Below are positions 1-11,977 of a stretch of 64,000 nt of DNA, piece by piece (the first letter of the stretch is position 1; every line of letters begins with the position of its first letter). Below the pieces are notes generated by a model. The model was not told the DNA's origin, did not search any database, and saw nothing but the letters and a program-made list of their open reading frames with translations. This DNA is from an uncultured cyanobacterium (GTDB taxonomy: Bacteria; Cyanobacteriota; Cyanobacteriia; Cyanobacteriales; Cyanobacteriaceae): NCBI GenBank assembly GCA_963710605.1, contig CAVQBA010000004.1:768001-832000 (forward strand), written 5' to 3'. Position numbers and translations under genes: made by a program.

Positions 1-434
1 GTCAAATCAGTATCAACTACTTTGATTGTATCTTTAACAGGTACACCAGCTATCAATCCTTGGCAATTAAGAATAGACTCCGCACATCGATCGAATAATT
101 GTGGGGTTGCTAAACAACGAGCGCCATCATGAATTAAAACCTGCCTTGCCGAATCAGGTAAAGCCTGTAAGCCATTATATACAGACTGTTGTCTTGTTTC
201 TCCTCCTAAAATAAGCTCGACTGGTTTAGTCGGGTTAACTTGAGCAATTATGTCTTTAAATGCAGGAAAATCATAAGTTTGCCCCATAATACCAATCCAT
301 TTAATTTTAGTTGAGGCGTTTGCCGCTATCAATGTCCAAGCTAGAAGTGGTTTGCCTTTAAGTTGTAAGAGTAGCTTATTTTCATTACTACCCATTCTTT
401 TACCTACACCTGCGGCTGGAATTAATAAAAACAT
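1..434 (-). CDS. ispD: 2-C-methyl-D-erythritol 4-phosphate cytidylyltransferase (3' part outside window)
   Basis: Manual translation from ATG at 434: MFLLIPAAGVGKRMGSNENKLLL...GGETRQQSV...VLIHDGARCL, the IspD signature motifs; not in the ORF track. Confidence 0.93.
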   Translation of the reverse strand, partial: MFLLIPAAGVGKRMGSNENKLLLQLKGKPLLAWTLIAANASTKIKWIGIMGQTYDFPAFKDIIAQVNPTKPVELILGGETRQQSVYNGLQALPDSARQVLIHDGARCLATPQLFDRCAESILNCQGLIAGVPVKDTIKVVDTDL

Positions 435-480
435 AATTTTAACAATTGATAATGAACGATCGATCGTACAGATAATTTAA

Positions 481-508
481 TTATCAACTATCAACTATCA
501 ACTATCAA
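481..508. repeat. Heptamer tandem repeat (CTATCAA)n, STRR-like
   Basis: ttatcaa-ctatcaa-ctatcaa-ctatcaa between mnmE and ispD; related heptamer runs near 12613-12654, 12700-12733, 39848-39931, 43320-43340 and 47230-47293. Confidence 0.85.
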
Positions 509-511
509 ATA

Positions 512-1906
512 TTATTTTCCAATACAAAAACGACTAAAAATACGATCGAGTACAGACTCGGTGACTTCTTCTCCTGTAATCTCTCCTAAGCCTTGAATTG
601 CCATTCTTAAATCGATCGTCCAGAAGTCTAGAGGTAATTGTTCTTGAATCGTTTTTTCGACCTCAATTAAGGCATTTTTAGCACGAGTAAGAGCCGCCGC
701 TTGTCTTTGATTAATTGCTATATCTAAATCTTGAGCGATCGTTTTTTGGCTTTTAATTGAATCAATAATTGCTTTTTCTAAACTATCGATACCTTGATTT
801 ATCGCTACTGCGGTGGTGACTACCTGTTCTATTTCTGGGGGATACTTGACATTAGTCAGTTTGCCAATATCACTTTTATTAATTACTAAAATCAAATTCA
901 GCTCTTTAATTTGTTGGTATATTTGTTCGTCAGCGGTTGTCCAACCCAAACTAGCATCAATAGTAAATAAAATTAAATCGGCTTTAGAGACTGCTAAGAG
1001 CGATCGCTCTACGCCTATTTTTTCGACTGTATCTTCTGTTTCTCTAATTCCTGCGGTGTCTAGTACCTGAATGGGGATGCCTTCTACTACAAGTTGCGAT
1101 TCTACCACATCACGAGTAGTTCCGGGTAAATCAGTAACGATCGCTCGATCGCTTTTACTCCAAGCATTTAAAAGACTTGATTTTCCCACATTTGGTTGCC
1201 CAACAATAGCTACTTTAATACCACTACGTAATAATTCGCCTTGATCTTTAGTGGCTAAAATTTGTGTAATTTGCCTCAAACTTTGACTAACATCGGTGGT
1301 AATTTGTTGTTGATTAAGAGGTGGTAAATCATCTTCAAAATCAATTCTGGCTTCTACTTCTGCTAAAATATCCAGTAGTTTAAAACGCATTTTTTTGATT
1401 GGCAATGCTAATTTTCCTTGTAATCCAGCTAAAGCCACTTGTGAAGCATGAGCTGATTTAGCACCAACAATTTCAGCAACACTTTCAGCTTGAGTTAAAT
1501 CTATTCTGCCATTAAAAAAAGCTCTGAGAGTAAATTCTCCAGCATTTGCGAGTCTTGCACCTTCAGATAAACACAATTCTAGAATTTGTTGAACAGGAAT
1601 TATACCACCGTGACAATGAAATTCTATTACATCTTCACAAGTAAAAGAGCGAGGAGATAACATTGGTAATAACAAAATTTCGTCTATTACTTTGTCAGTT
1701 TCAGGATTTTTAATATATCCGTAACCAATACGATGAGATTCCCACTGAAACTTGCCCTGAGGGGAAAAAATTGTTTGAGCAATTCGCACAGATGTATTGC
1801 CACTTAAACGCACAATACCGATACTACCTTGATTTGGAACAACAGCCGAAGCGATCGCTACGATTGTTTCTTGTTGAATGATTTGAGTCACAGAATTTGA
1901 GTCCAA
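512..1906 (-). CDS. mnmE: tRNA modification GTPase MnmE
   Basis: [33 protein letters not shown] and C-terminal FSRFCIGK. Confidence 0.98.
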   Translation of the reverse strand: MDSNSVTQIIQQETIVAIASAVVPNQGSIGIVRLSGNTSVRIAQTIFSPQGKFQWESHRIGYGYIKNPETDKVIDEILLLPMLSPRSFTCEDVIEFHCHGGIIPVQQILELCLSEGARLANAGEFTLRAFFNGRIDLTQAESVAEIVGAKSAHASQVALAGLQGKLALPIKKMRFKLLDILAEVEARIDFEDDLPPLNQQQITTDVSQSLRQITQILATKDQGELLRSGIKVAIVGQPNVGKSSLLNAWSKSDRAIVTDLPGTTRDVVESQLVVEGIPIQVLDTAGIRETEDTVEKIGVERSLLAVSKADLILFTIDASLGWTTADEQIYQQIKELNLILVINKSDIGKLTNVKYPPEIEQVVTTAVAINQGIDSLEKAIIDSIKSQKTIAQDLDIAINQRQAAALTRAKNALIEVEKTIQEQLPLDFWTIDLRMAIQGLGEITGEEVTESVLDRIFSRFCIGK

Positions 1907-2213
1907 AAAGAAAAACTAAATGATGATTCGTCAAATTAAATTCACTGTTCAAAAGAATTAGCAAATTCACCAACCATCGAAGGATAAGGGAATAACAATT
2001 AAGTTTTAGAATAAAAATTTGCGTAATGAGTATAAATTCAATCAACTAATTATTATTTGATTAACATCAATTTTTGAACTTATTCGTTATTACTTGTTAA
2101 TCCCTTTCATCCATCAATTTTAGCTTAAACTAGATAATAATATTTAACAGTTAATCTTCAAGCATCAACTTTCTTCACAGAAAACCTTTCCATAATTAAT
2201 TATTAATAATCAA

Positions 2214-2333
2214 TTAGTTTTCTTTATTTAAAAATCTTTGAGCCTGAGAAATAGCTGCCGAACCAATATTAAAAATAGCCCAACTTGCGGCTACACCTAA
2301 AGGTAATAATACAATTACAACTCTCCAATCCAT
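2214..2333 (-). CDS. psbY: Photosystem II protein Y (39 aa)
   Basis: Manual translation [39 protein letters not shown]; upstream GGAG Shine-Dalgarno (SD) sequence. Confidence 0.93.
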   Translation of the reverse strand: MDWRVVIVLLPLGVAASWAIFNIGSAAISQAQRFLNKEN

Positions 2334-2679
2334 CTTTTATATACTCCAGTTATTATAAGTCTATTTATCTACAAAATCATAACATTTTGTTGTTCTGTTT
2401 TGATCTATTAATCCTTATTTTATCGTTTGTTTGATGGTTGATACCTATCTTTGATCTTCAAAAATGGATCAATAACAAAACTCAACTATACAGCGTAAGT
2501 TATTAACGAAGATATAAATAACCTAGCATAAAAAATAAAAGACAATAACTATTTTAAACGTTTCAACCAAAAAATTAATCCTTTAAAGGATTAAAAATAA
2601 ATGATTTAAGCAAAGAAATTATTTTAAAACTTTACTTTTTTGATAGTCATAAATTAAATTATCAAACTTAAAAATTAAC

Positions 2680-3135
2680 TCAGCCCTTGTTAGAGGCATT
2701 AAGATAATTGATCAAAGCTTTCAAACCTAAACAATAACTATCAGCCCCAAAACCGCTAATTTGCCCGATGGCAACAGGAGCGATATAAGAGTGATGTCGA
2801 AAATTTTCTCGACTATATATATTACTTAAATGAACCTCAACTGTTGGTAAACCAACACCAACGATCGCATCTCTAATAGCAATACTAGTATGAGTATAAG
2901 CCCCTGCATTAATCAATATACCCTGATAATTATCAAAGCAGTCATGAATTGCATCAACTAAAACACCTTGATGATTAGATTGAAGACAAGAAACTTTTAC
3001 ATTTAATTTATGAGCTTCCTGCTCCAAAATAGAGTTTATTTTATCCAAGGTTAGATAACCATAAATATCTGGCTCTCTTGTTCCTAATAAGTTTAAATTA
3101 GGACCATGTATAACTTGTATTTTAAAATTAGACAA
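2680..3135 (-). CDS. aroQ: Type II 3-dehydroquinate dehydratase
   Basis: [39 protein letters not shown] motifs. Confidence 0.97.
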   Translation of the reverse strand: MSNFKIQVIHGPNLNLLGTREPDIYGYLTLDKINSILEQEAHKLNVKVSCLQSNHQGVLVDAIHDCFDNYQGILINAGAYTHTSIAIRDAIVGVGLPTVEVHLSNIYSRENFRHHSYIAPVAIGQISGFGADSYCLGLKALINYLNASNKG

Positions 3136-3189
3136 TTAGTTTATTGTAAATTTTTGTAATTATTTAGAGCTGATGACACAAATTTTAGT

Positions 3190-3330
3190 TTAATATCTGG
3201 ATCGAGGGTTATCTCTAACTGGAATAGGAATTAACTCAGCTTCAGTTTCACCTTCTGGACCAAACAAAATGTCAATTAGTGTTTGAGTCAGATCTTTAAG
3301 TTTTTCAATGATTTTGCCTATTTTTTCCAT
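3190..3330 (-). CDS. 46-aa small protein of unknown function
   Basis: MEKIGKIIEKLKDLTQTLIDILFGPEGETEAELIPIPVRDNPRSRY*; AGGAG SD upstream; amphipathic helix followed by ELIPIPVR. Confidence 0.75.
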   Translation of the reverse strand: MEKIGKIIEKLKDLTQTLIDILFGPEGETEAELIPIPVRDNPRSRY

Positions 3331-3563
3331 TAATCAAAAAGACTCCTGTTAATAGTTTTATCCTAATATTGATCCATCATAACCTTTACTTTTTGTAAAT
3401 GCAACCGCTTTTTGGTAGTGAAAACGGAAGAAAATATAATGATTAGTTAATTTGATCATAGAAGAATGAACGAAGACACGATACAATTCTTTTATCATCT
3501 TAACTTGTAGAAAACAGTAAATCGGGAACTTGGTGGCAGAAATTAAATGAGTATAAGGATTTA

Positions 3564-3842
3564 ATGAGCAGAGAAATTTATATTAATCATCCTAATTTTG
3601 GTCTTCTTTATCGTTTATGTGTAATCGGTAACAATCAAGAATTATTTACCACTCTTTATGCACAACGTCTTTTTTTTAGAGTGACCATACCAACTAAAAA
3701 TTCTCCAGAGACAAATTTTGAGCCTCTCAGTCGTACTGAGGCACGTATTTTAATGGAAAACAATTTGCGTAATTTACGTGGTAATGGTGAATGGGAAGCA
3801 TATAAAACGATTAACAAACTTTACGAAAATACTTTTCAATGA
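3564..3842 (+). CDS. pipX: PII/NtcA-interacting protein PipX
   Basis: YINHPNFGLLY...ELFTTLYAQRLFF; overlaps a downstream yggS-family gene as in the known pipXY operon. Confidence 0.95.
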   Translation: MSREIYINHPNFGLLYRLCVIGNNQELFTTLYAQRLFFRVTIPTKNSPETNFEPLSRTEARILMENNLRNLRGNGEWEAYKTINKLYENTFQ

Positions 3843-4528
3843 ATCATTTGGTAAAAGACAATTTACGACAAATAGAGTCGCTAATTCCTGATAATGTACG
3901 TTTAGTTGCAGTCAGTAAAAAAGTATCGGTAAAAGTGATGCAGTCTGTTTATGAGTCTGGAATTAGAGATTTTGGCGAAAATAGATTACAGGAGGTTTTA
4001 GATAAACAAGCTCAATTAAAACATATTCCCGATATTTGCTGGCATTTTATTGGGCATTTACAAACTAACAAAGCTAAAAAAGCCGTAGAATCTTGTGATT
4101 GGATTCATTCGGTAGATAGCCTTAAAATCGCTCAACGTTTGGATTATTATGCTCAAAAAGCGATCGAATCAAAAGCAATTACTAACTCCCCTCAAGTTTG
4201 TTTACAAATAAAAGTTTTACCAGACGAAAATAAATATGGTTGGGAAACTCAACAATTATGGCAAGATTTACCACAGTTAGTTCAACTTAAAAATCTAAAT
4301 GTTCGTGGTTTGATGTCTATTTTACCTTTAGGTTTATCCAAACAACAAACTCTGGATGCTTTTCAAAAAGTGGCACAATTAGCTCAAGATATTCGTCAAA
4401 AGGATTTTTTCACTTCTGATTTTGATCAGTTATCAATGGGTATGTCTGCTGACTATTTACAAGCGATCGAAGCTGGTGCTACGATGATCCGTTTGGGTAG
4501 TATGATTTTTAAAGAAAGACTAAATTAA
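3839..4528 (+). CDS. pipY: YggS-family PLP-binding protein PipY
   Basis: LVAVSK, DFGENRLQE, WHFIGHLQTNK, LSMGMSADY; ATGA overlap with pipX. Confidence 0.95.
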   Translation: MNHLVKDNLRQIESLIPDNVRLVAVSKKVSVKVMQSVYESGIRDFGENRLQEVLDKQAQLKHIPDICWHFIGHLQTNKAKKAVESCDWIHSVDSLKIAQRLDYYAQKAIESKAITNSPQVCLQIKVLPDENKYGWETQQLWQDLPQLVQLKNLNVRGLMSILPLGLSKQQTLDAFQKVAQLAQDIRQKDFFTSDFDQLSMGMSADYLQAIEAGATMIRLGSMIFKERLN

Positions 4529-4992
4529 AACTGAAGTATTTTTATTGATTATGTGTAGATTAATTATATTTATTAAACAGATTCGATTATGATTGTCTAA
4601 TATTTTCAACCTAAATAAAACTAATTTTTCTTAATCAAAATGTGCTTATTTTATTTTTATAATTAAATTATTTAATTGTTATTCATAATGATTACTTTTG
4701 ATATTAAGTAGGTTAAATACTTAGTAATCAATTACCTAGGACTCAACTTAGTTTATTAATTGAAACAGCTAAAAATAGCTAAATAAATATTAATAAATAA
4801 AAGAACATTATTAAAATTATTAATTCTTAGTTAAGATAGATGTATTCAAAATATTGCTTAAAAGACCAATGTTGATCGTGAATCAAATAATAGCTTTAAT
4901 TGAGTAATTATTTATCGTATAAATATTCTTTGATCTATACTCCATTCCTCTTAAGCCACAAATTTCTTATCAAAATGTGATTTTATTGATGT

Positions 4993-7900
4993 ATGTCTGA
5001 GTTTACTAAACATCTACCGATTAATTCAAATTTTATTAGTGTCAGTCTCGATACATCAATTAGAGAAGTTGTCATTAGATTAAGTCAAGCTAATCAGCAA
5101 AATCAGCATCAAGCAATCGCCAAAAATAAACATATTGTTAGTTGTGCTGTTGTCGAGAATAATAAACGCCTCATCGGTTTGATTACAGAAAGAGATATTG
5201 TCAAACTGTCAGCTAAATCGATTAATTTTGACGGTATTATTGCGGCGGAAGTGATGACAAGAGAATTAATTACTTATCCTGTTGATAAACTGGAAAATCT
5301 GAATGATTTAATTGATACTTTCAAACAGCATCATATACGTCATTTACCAATAACTAATCAACAAAAAGAAATAATTGGGATTATTACGCCTGAAAGTATC
5401 AGAGCAAATTTACAATCACTAGATTTACTACAACAGCGACGAGTTGTTAGTGTGATGCGACAAAACATAATTCATTCACAACCAGAACAAAAAGTCAATA
5501 AAATAATTGAGTTAATGGCTGAATATGCTGTCAGTTGTGTCGTGATTGCTGAATTTGACGGGCAAAAAAAAGTCAAACCATTGGGTATCATTACCGAAAG
5601 AGATATTATTTCTTACCAAGCATTAAATTTAGATTTGAAAAGGTTAACGGCAAAAGAAGTGATGAGTTTTCCTTTGATGTTGGTTTGTGCTGAAGAATCT
5701 TTGTGGAATGCTCATTTGATGATGCAAAAATATCAACTAAGAAGGTTAGTTGTGATTAATAACCAAGAAAATCTAATTGGTATTATAACTCAAAGTTCAA
5801 TTTTAGAGGCGATCGATTCAAGTGAATTAGAAAAATTAATTAAGGTTCTAGAAAACGAAGTAGATAATTTGGAAAGTGAAAAAAAACAACTACTTCAAGA
5901 AATATTACAGCACAAAATCAAAAACTTCAATATAGTTGAACAAAGAAAGAAATTAATCGCTGATATTGCTTTAAAAATTCACTCTTCTTTAGATTTAGAA
6001 GAAATTTTACAAACAGCAGTCTCAGAAATTTTATCTATTTTAAATGTCGATCGAGTTATTATCTGTCGTTTTGATGACGAAAAATATCTTACGGTAGAAG
6101 CAGTCAAAAATCCTTCTTTTTTATTACCTAAAGACAAATTTATTTCAAGTAAAGCTTTCTATCAAAAAATATTTACGACTAAACAATCATGGCACAATCA
6201 AGTGATAGAAGATATTGATAAAGCTGATTTAGAACAAGAGTTTAAAGAATTTTTAACTCGTTTTAAGATAAAAGGAAAATTAGTTATTCCGATTGTAATG
6301 CAGGATAATTTATGGGGATTATTAATGGCTCACAAATGTTATTATCCTCGTAATTGGTCATCGATAGAAATTGATTTTTTAGAAAAATTATCAATCCAAT
6401 TGACGATCGCAATTCAACAAGCTACTTTGTTAAAAGAACTAAAAGAAGCAAAATTGGACTTAGAGTTAAAAGTATCGCAACGTACCGCCGAATTAGAGCA
6501 AAAAAACAAACTGTATCGACAGCAACTTATTCATTCTCAAAACATACAATCAGAATTAAAAAAGACGACTTATACCTTAGAAGGTATTCTGAATATGGCT
6601 TATGATGCCATCATTTCAGTAGATGATCAACAAAATATCATTATGTTTAATCAAGGTGCAAGTCAAATTTTTGGTTATCACCCTGATGAAGTGATGGGTA
6701 AAAGCTTAGAAATATTAATCCCAAAAAGTTATGTTAATAATCACCATCGCTATGTTGAAGAATTTAATCGTAACAGCAAAACTAGTCAAGTAAGACAAAT
6801 GAGTAATAGCCCAGACAGAGTAGTATTTGCTCGTCGCCGAGATGGTAGCCAATTCCCTGCTGAAGTTTCTATTTCTCAATTAAACCGTGGAAATGACACT
6901 ATTTTAACGGCTATTTTAAGAGATATTAGTGGCAAAATTAGTTTAGAAAAAGAAAGAAAAAGACTAGCTTATTTTTTAGAAGTTAGCTTAAACGAAATCT
7001 ATGTTTTTTCAGCCACAAATTATCACTTTACTTATGCGAATCAAGCTGCGTTAAATAATACTGGTTATGATTTAGAATCTTTAAAAAAAATTACTCCTTT
7101 AGCTTTAAAAATAGAGTTGGATTCACTGAGTTTCCAAGCACAAATAAAGCCATTGATAACAGGAGAAAAAAAAAGTATCTTATTACAAACAACTCATCAA
7201 CGGCGAGATGGTAGCCAATATCAGATTGAAGCAAGTTTTCAATATATTCAACAAGATGAAGCAGGTGAAGAATCAGTCTTTTTAGCAATTGGTAATGATA
7301 TTTCTCGTCGTTTACAATCAGAAATTCAACTAGAGCGAGAACTCAAACACCGTATATTGAGTAGTAAGATAACCGAAAAAATCCGTAAAAGTTTAAATCC
7401 TCAAGATATATTCGCTACCGCCGCTGAAGAAATTGGTATTGCTTTTGGGGTAAATCAAGTTCTAATTTTTAAGTATAGTGATGAGGATAATGAAGCTAAA
7501 GCAATTTGTGTTTCTGAATATATTGATGGTGATTACGATTCACAATTAAACTTTGAAATCCCAGTTAAAGAAAGTAATTATTTACAATTATTGCTACAAA
7601 ATCAACAACCTATTCATATTGATAATACACAAAATAACGATTCATTAAAAAGAATTGAAAAATTAGTTGAGTATATGCAAATAAAATCGTTACTCAGTTG
7701 TGTCACTTTTGATGTAGATAAGGTGAATGGTTTTATCTGTTTACATCATTGCAAAAATTATCATAATTGGACTGAAAACGAAATAGAATTGTTACAAATG
7801 CTTGCTAATCAATTAGGAATTGCGATCGCTCAAGGTAATTTATTACAAAGAGAAAAACAAAGAATTAAACTGCTAGCAAAAAAAAATAAACAATTAGATA

Positions 7901-9072
7901 AAGCAAAACAAGAAGCGGATAAAGCAAATCAAGCTAAAAGCGAGTTTTTAGCAATGATGAGTCACGAAATACGTACACCGATGAATGGTGTCATAGGGAT
8001 GATTAATTTACTTGCCGACACGCCATTAATACCTTTACAAATTGAATATATGGAAACTATTCGTGCGAGTGGAGAAAACTTATTAGTAATTATCAATGAT
8101 ATTCTTGATTTTTCTAAAATAGAGTCGGGAAAAATAGAGTTAGAAACCAAACCTTTTAATTTACTTAATACGATTAAAAGTGTGATTGATTTATTAGCTT
8201 TTCAAGCAGAGGAAAAAAAATTAGATTTGAGTTACTATTATCCTCCTCAAGTACCAGTTAATTTTGATGGTGATGTAAATAAAATTAGACAAATATTAAC
8301 TAATCTTTTAGGTAATGCCCTCAAATTTACTGAGCAAGGAGAAGTTATTCTTAGGGTTGATAGTCAAAAAATCAACAATTCTGATTATCAAATTAAGTTG
8401 ACGGTTGAAGATACAGGAATTGGTATTCCTAAAAACAAACTCGAACGTTTATTTCAGTCTTTTTCTCAAGTAGATGCTTCTATTTCTCGTAAATACGGGG
8501 GGACGGGATTAGGGTTATCCATTAGTCAGGGATTAGCACGATTAATGGGTGGTACAATTTGGGTAGAATCAAAAATAGGTATTGGTTCAATATTTTATTG
8601 TACTTTAATTTTATCAATTACTTCTTTATCACCACTAATGGTAATTAACGACGGCACTCAATCCTCTATTTCTAATCCATCTGTTAAATTAACAATTTTG
8701 TTAGCTGAAGATAATAAAGTGAATCAAAAAGTAGCTTTACTAACTTTAAAAAAATTAGGTTATGACGCACAAGTCGCAAATAATGGTTTAGAAGTGATTG
8801 AAAAGTTCAAACACAGCCACTACAATATCATTTTAATGGATGTACAAATGCCTGAAATGAATGGATTAGAGACAACAGAGTGGATTCGCCAAAATTTGAC
8901 TAGTCAACCTCCTTATATTATCGCTATTACTGCTAATGCCATGGAAAGCGATCGAGACAAATGTTTACAAATAGGAATGAATGATTATATATCTAAGCCA
9001 TTTAGGCTAGAATCATTACAAAATGTTTTGAACAAAGCTCAATCTTATTTAACCGAACATATTAACGATTAA
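4993..9072 (+). CDS. Hybrid sensor histidine kinase (4xCBS-GAF-PAS-PAS-GAF-HisKA-HATPase-REC)
   Basis: [12 protein letters not shown] repeats, [56 protein letters not shown]. Confidence 0.95.
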   Translation: MSEFTKHLPINSNFISVSLDTSIREVVIRLSQANQQNQHQAIAKNKHIVSCAVVENNKRLIGLITERDIVKLSAKSINFDGIIAAEVMTRELITYPVDKLENLNDLIDTFKQHHIRHLPITNQQKEIIGIITPESIRANLQSLDLLQQRRVVSVMRQNIIHSQPEQKVNKIIELMAEYAVSCVVIAEFDGQKKVKPLGIITERDIISYQALNLDLKRLTAKEVMSFPLMLVCAEESLWNAHLMMQKYQLRRLVVINNQENLIGIITQSSILEAIDSSELEKLIKVLENEVDNLESEKKQLLQEILQHKIKNFNIVEQRKKLIADIALKIHSSLDLEEILQTAVSEILSILNVDRVIICRFDDEKYLTVEAVKNPSFLLPKDKFISSKAFYQKIFTTKQSWHNQVIEDIDKADLEQEFKEFLTRFKIKGKLVIPIVMQDNLWGLLMAHKCYYPRNWSSIEIDFLEKLSIQLTIAIQQATLLKELKEAKLDLELKVSQRTAELEQKNKLYRQQLIHSQNIQSELKKTTYTLEGILNMAYDAIISVDDQQNIIMFNQGASQIFGYHPDEVMGKSLEILIPKSYVNNHHRYVEEFNRNSKTSQVRQMSNSPDRVVFARRRDGSQFPAEVSISQLNRGNDTILTAILRDISGKISLEKERKRLAYFLEVSLNEIYVFSATNYHFTYANQAALNNTGYDLESLKKITPLALKIELDSLSFQAQIKPLITGEKKSILLQTTHQRRDGSQYQIEASFQYIQQDEAGEESVFLAIGNDISRRLQSEIQLERELKHRILSSKITEKIRKSLNPQDIFATAAEEIGIAFGVNQVLIFKYSDEDNEAKAICVSEYIDGDYDSQLNFEIPVKESNYLQLLLQNQQPIHIDNTQNNDSLKRIEKLVEYMQIKSLLSCVTFDVDKVNGFICLHHCKNYHNWTENEIELLQMLANQLGIAIAQGNLLQREKQRIKLLAKKNKQLDKAKQEADKANQAKSEFLAMMSHEIRTPMNGVIGMINLLADTPLIPLQIEYMETIRASGENLLVIINDILDFSKIESGKIELETKPFNLLNTIKSVIDLLAFQAEEKKLDLSYYYPPQVPVNFDGDVNKIRQILTNLLGNALKFTEQGEVILRVDSQKINNSDYQIKLTVEDTGIGIPKNKLERLFQSFSQVDASISRKYGGTGLGLSISQGLARLMGGTIWVESKIGIGSIFYCTLILSITSLSPLMVINDGTQSSISNPSVKLTILLAEDNKVNQKVALLTLKKLGYDAQVANNGLEVIEKFKHSHYNIILMDVQMPEMNGLETTEWIRQNLTSQPPYIIAITANAMESDRDKCLQIGMNDYISKPFRLESLQNVLNKAQSYLTEHIND

Positions 9073-9121
9073 GTTATCTTTAATATTAAGTAATCAATTA
9101 TGGTTAACCTAATAGACAAAC

Positions 9122-10501
9122 ATGGTATCTTTGACTAACGAACAAAAAATATTCCATCTTGCTAACCGAACCACTTTTGGTATCAATCAAGAGACTTTGG
9201 GGCAAATTAATCAATTAGGAATCAACGAATATTTACGATCGCAACTATATCCTCAATGTTTATGTTTAGTTGAGAAAGAGAATTTTCGCTATTTAGATTT
9301 AACTCCTGGGCAAGTATTTGAAAGACATTATAAAGACAAAGAGAAAAGGAAAAATAAATCTTTATCGTCTGAAGAAAAAAAACAGCTTAATCGGCAAAGA
9401 CGCAATTTTTTAAACGATACAAGAGCATTCAAATATATCAACTCAATCAATAATCCTAACCAACTACAAGATGTTATGACCAATTTTTGGTTTAACCACT
9501 TTAATGTTTTTGTTAGAAAACACTCTATTTTGCAGATGTTTTTAATTTATAACTATGAGCAAAAAACTATTCGCCCTTTAGCATTAGGAAAATTCAAAGA
9601 TTTACTCACAGCTACAGTTTATCATCCTTCGATGCTTTACTATCTTGACAACTGGAAAAATATTAAACCACAATCTAATAAAAAAAAGAAAAGAAGAAAA
9701 GGGTTAAACGAAAACTACGCTAGAGAATTGATGGAGTTACATACCTTAGGCGTAAATGGGGGTTATACTCAATCTGATGTGATTAGTTTAGCCAAAATTT
9801 TGACAGGTTTAACCGTTATTAACCCTAATACACCTCAAAACGAAAAAGGATTTTTCTTCAATCCCAAACTTCACGATTATAGTGATAAAAAATTTTTGGG
9901 GCAGACAATTAAAGGAGAAGGGATAAAAGAAATCGATCGAGTTATTAATATTTTAGCTAATCATCCCTCTACAGCCAACCACGTTAGTTTTAAATTAGCT
10001 CAATATTTTGTCGCCGATAATCCACCGTCAGGCTTAGTTAATAAATTAGCTCAAACTTTTACTAAAACTCAAGGCGATATTGCTCAAGTATTAAACCAAC
10101 TATTTCAAAGTGAAGAATTTTATGACAATCAATATTATCGTCAAAAGTTTAAAACTCCTTACGAATATGTGATGTCCGTACTACGTTTGGGTGATATTTC
10201 ACAACTAAAGGAAAGAATGATTAGTCGTATGTTGCGAAAATTGAATATGCTTCCATATAATCGCCTGACTCCTGATGGTTATGAGAATACTAAATCAGCA
10301 TGGTTAAGCCCTACATCAATGATAGATAGACTTGATTTTGCTATGGATATAGCTGAGCAAAATAAAAATTATGGTGATATTGTCAAAGTAGTAGAAGATT
10401 ATCTATCATCAAATACATTAAAAGCTGTTAAACAAGGTAATTTATCCGCTTTTTCGCAAACAGCAATGATTTTAGGAAGCCCAGAAATGATGTACAGATA
10501 A
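9122..10501 (+). CDS. DUF1800-family protein
   Basis: MTNFWFNHFNV, MLYYLDN, NENYARELMELHTLGV. Confidence 0.9.
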   Translation: MVSLTNEQKIFHLANRTTFGINQETLGQINQLGINEYLRSQLYPQCLCLVEKENFRYLDLTPGQVFERHYKDKEKRKNKSLSSEEKKQLNRQRRNFLNDTRAFKYINSINNPNQLQDVMTNFWFNHFNVFVRKHSILQMFLIYNYEQKTIRPLALGKFKDLLTATVYHPSMLYYLDNWKNIKPQSNKKKKRRKGLNENYARELMELHTLGVNGGYTQSDVISLAKILTGLTVINPNTPQNEKGFFFNPKLHDYSDKKFLGQTIKGEGIKEIDRVINILANHPSTANHVSFKLAQYFVADNPPSGLVNKLAQTFTKTQGDIAQVLNQLFQSEEFYDNQYYRQKFKTPYEYVMSVLRLGDISQLKERMISRMLRKLNMLPYNRLTPDGYENTKSAWLSPTSMIDRLDFAMDIAEQNKNYGDIVKVVEDYLSSNTLKAVKQGNLSAFSQTAMILGSPEMMYR

Positions 10502-10511
10502 TTAATAATTA

Positions 10512-10549
10512 CCTCACCCCCAACCCCTCTCCTACTTTTGAGAGGGGAG
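10512..10549. repeat. Cyanobacterial dispersed repeat (CACCCCYAACCCCTC...GAGGGGA hairpin)
   Basis: Similar copy at 25667-25699, hairpin-only copy at 30178-30198, inverted interrupted copy at about 61731-61806; each lies near a gene 3' end. Confidence 0.7.
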
Positions 10550-10642
10550 TTATAATCAAAAAAAACTTTTATTTTAGCAATCTCTCCTAGTATTTTTATT
10601 AGTAGAAATCACCTTAATAAAATCAATTACTCTTACTTAATC

Positions 10643-11875
10643 ATGAATCGAAGAAAATTTTTAACAAAAACTGCTTTATTTGGTGCAGGTTTAACAATTC
10701 CTATCGGTGTTAGGAGTTGGATGAGTTATTCTTTAGCACAACCACAACCTTCTTCCCAACGTTTAATTGTCGTTTTTTTAAGAGGTGCGATCGATGGACT
10801 TAGTGTATTAGTACCATATAGTGATGAAAATTATTATCAAGCTCGTCCTAATTTAGCAGTTGAATCTAGTTTAAATGACTCAGGAGAATTATTTGATTTA
10901 GACGGTAAATTCGGTTTGCATCCTGCGTTAAAAGATTTAATGCCTTTATGGCAAGAAAAAAGTCTTGCTTTTATCAACTGTTGTGGTTTCGCTAATAATA
11001 ACCGTTCTCATTTTGCCCTACAACACATTATGGAAACAGGTATGCCTGACGATAGTAGTAGTGAAGGCTGGATGAATCGCTTATTAGGTATTATAAGTCA
11101 AAATAACCCAACTCAAGCGATTAATATGGGTACATCGACAAAGCGTATCTTCATGGGGCAAAATTCTGTTGCTAATATTCCCCGACAAAATAATAATAAC
11201 TCTCAAAAATTAGAATTTGTTAAAGAAAATCAAAAGTTAAATCGACTTTTTGGTCAATTATATAATAATACAGATGAATTAAGTAAAACGTATCAACAAG
11301 GGCAACAAGCAAGACAATTGCTTATTCAAGAATTAGAAGAAGAAATGGTAATTGCCAGTCAAGATGCACCAAGAAGTAGTATAGCTTTTATTAAAGAAGC
11401 TACTCTAATTGCTAAATTGATGAAGGGCAAAGCTAATAGCCAACTGGCTTTTCTCGATTTTGGTAGATGGGATACTCATACTAATCAATCACGCACTTTA
11501 TCCAAATTATTACCTTCAGTTGGGTTAGGTTTAGCTACATTAAAAAAAGAATTAGGTAATGAATATAAAAATACCACGATCGTTGTCATGTCTGAATTTG
11601 GTCGTACCGTAAAAGAGAATGAGAACAGAGGTACTGATCACGGTTATGGTAATGCCATGTGGGTATTAGGTGGTAATGTTAAAGGAGGAAAAATATACGG
11701 TAAATGGCAAGGTTTGGATTCATCTCAATTATATAAAGGTAGAGAGATACCAGTAAATACAGACTATCGTGAAGTTATTGCTGATGTTTTGACTAATAAT
11801 TTTCAGTTAGATAAAAATTCTTTATTTCAAGTATTTCCTGATTTTCGTTATCAACCTAAATTTTCCGTTGTTTAA
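10643..11875 (+). CDS. DUF1501-family protein with Tat-type signal
   Basis: MNRRKFL twin-Arg, VFLRGAIDGLS, WDTH, SEFGRT, GTDHG; follows the DUF1800 gene. Confidence 0.9.
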   Translation: MNRRKFLTKTALFGAGLTIPIGVRSWMSYSLAQPQPSSQRLIVVFLRGAIDGLSVLVPYSDENYYQARPNLAVESSLNDSGELFDLDGKFGLHPALKDLMPLWQEKSLAFINCCGFANNNRSHFALQHIMETGMPDDSSSEGWMNRLLGIISQNNPTQAINMGTSTKRIFMGQNSVANIPRQNNNNSQKLEFVKENQKLNRLFGQLYNNTDELSKTYQQGQQARQLLIQELEEEMVIASQDAPRSSIAFIKEATLIAKLMKGKANSQLAFLDFGRWDTHTNQSRTLSKLLPSVGLGLATLKKELGNEYKNTTIVVMSEFGRTVKENENRGTDHGYGNAMWVLGGNVKGGKIYGKWQGLDSSQLYKGREIPVNTDYREVIADVLTNNFQLDKNSLFQVFPDFRYQPKFSVV

Positions 11876-11891
11876 TTGTATTAGCTAACCA

Positions 11892-11938
11892 CCATGAATT
11901 GTCATTCATGGCTAACAAAAGCCGTTTAATAAATTAAA
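11892..11938 (+). repeat. Palindrome-GGCTAA-CCGTTTAATAAATTAAA repeat, copy 1
   Basis: Identical 17-mer after a variable palindrome also at 13474-13520 and 14441-14485. Confidence 0.8.
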
Positions 11939-11977
11939 TTTGAAATATTAATTAATCAATTTTAGTCAGTTAAAAGT

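Noticed and set aside
3190-3330. Identification of the microprotein as AtpTheta (atpT)
   Set aside because: Size is similar, but it lacks the YP..GVQPF-type motif I associate with that family
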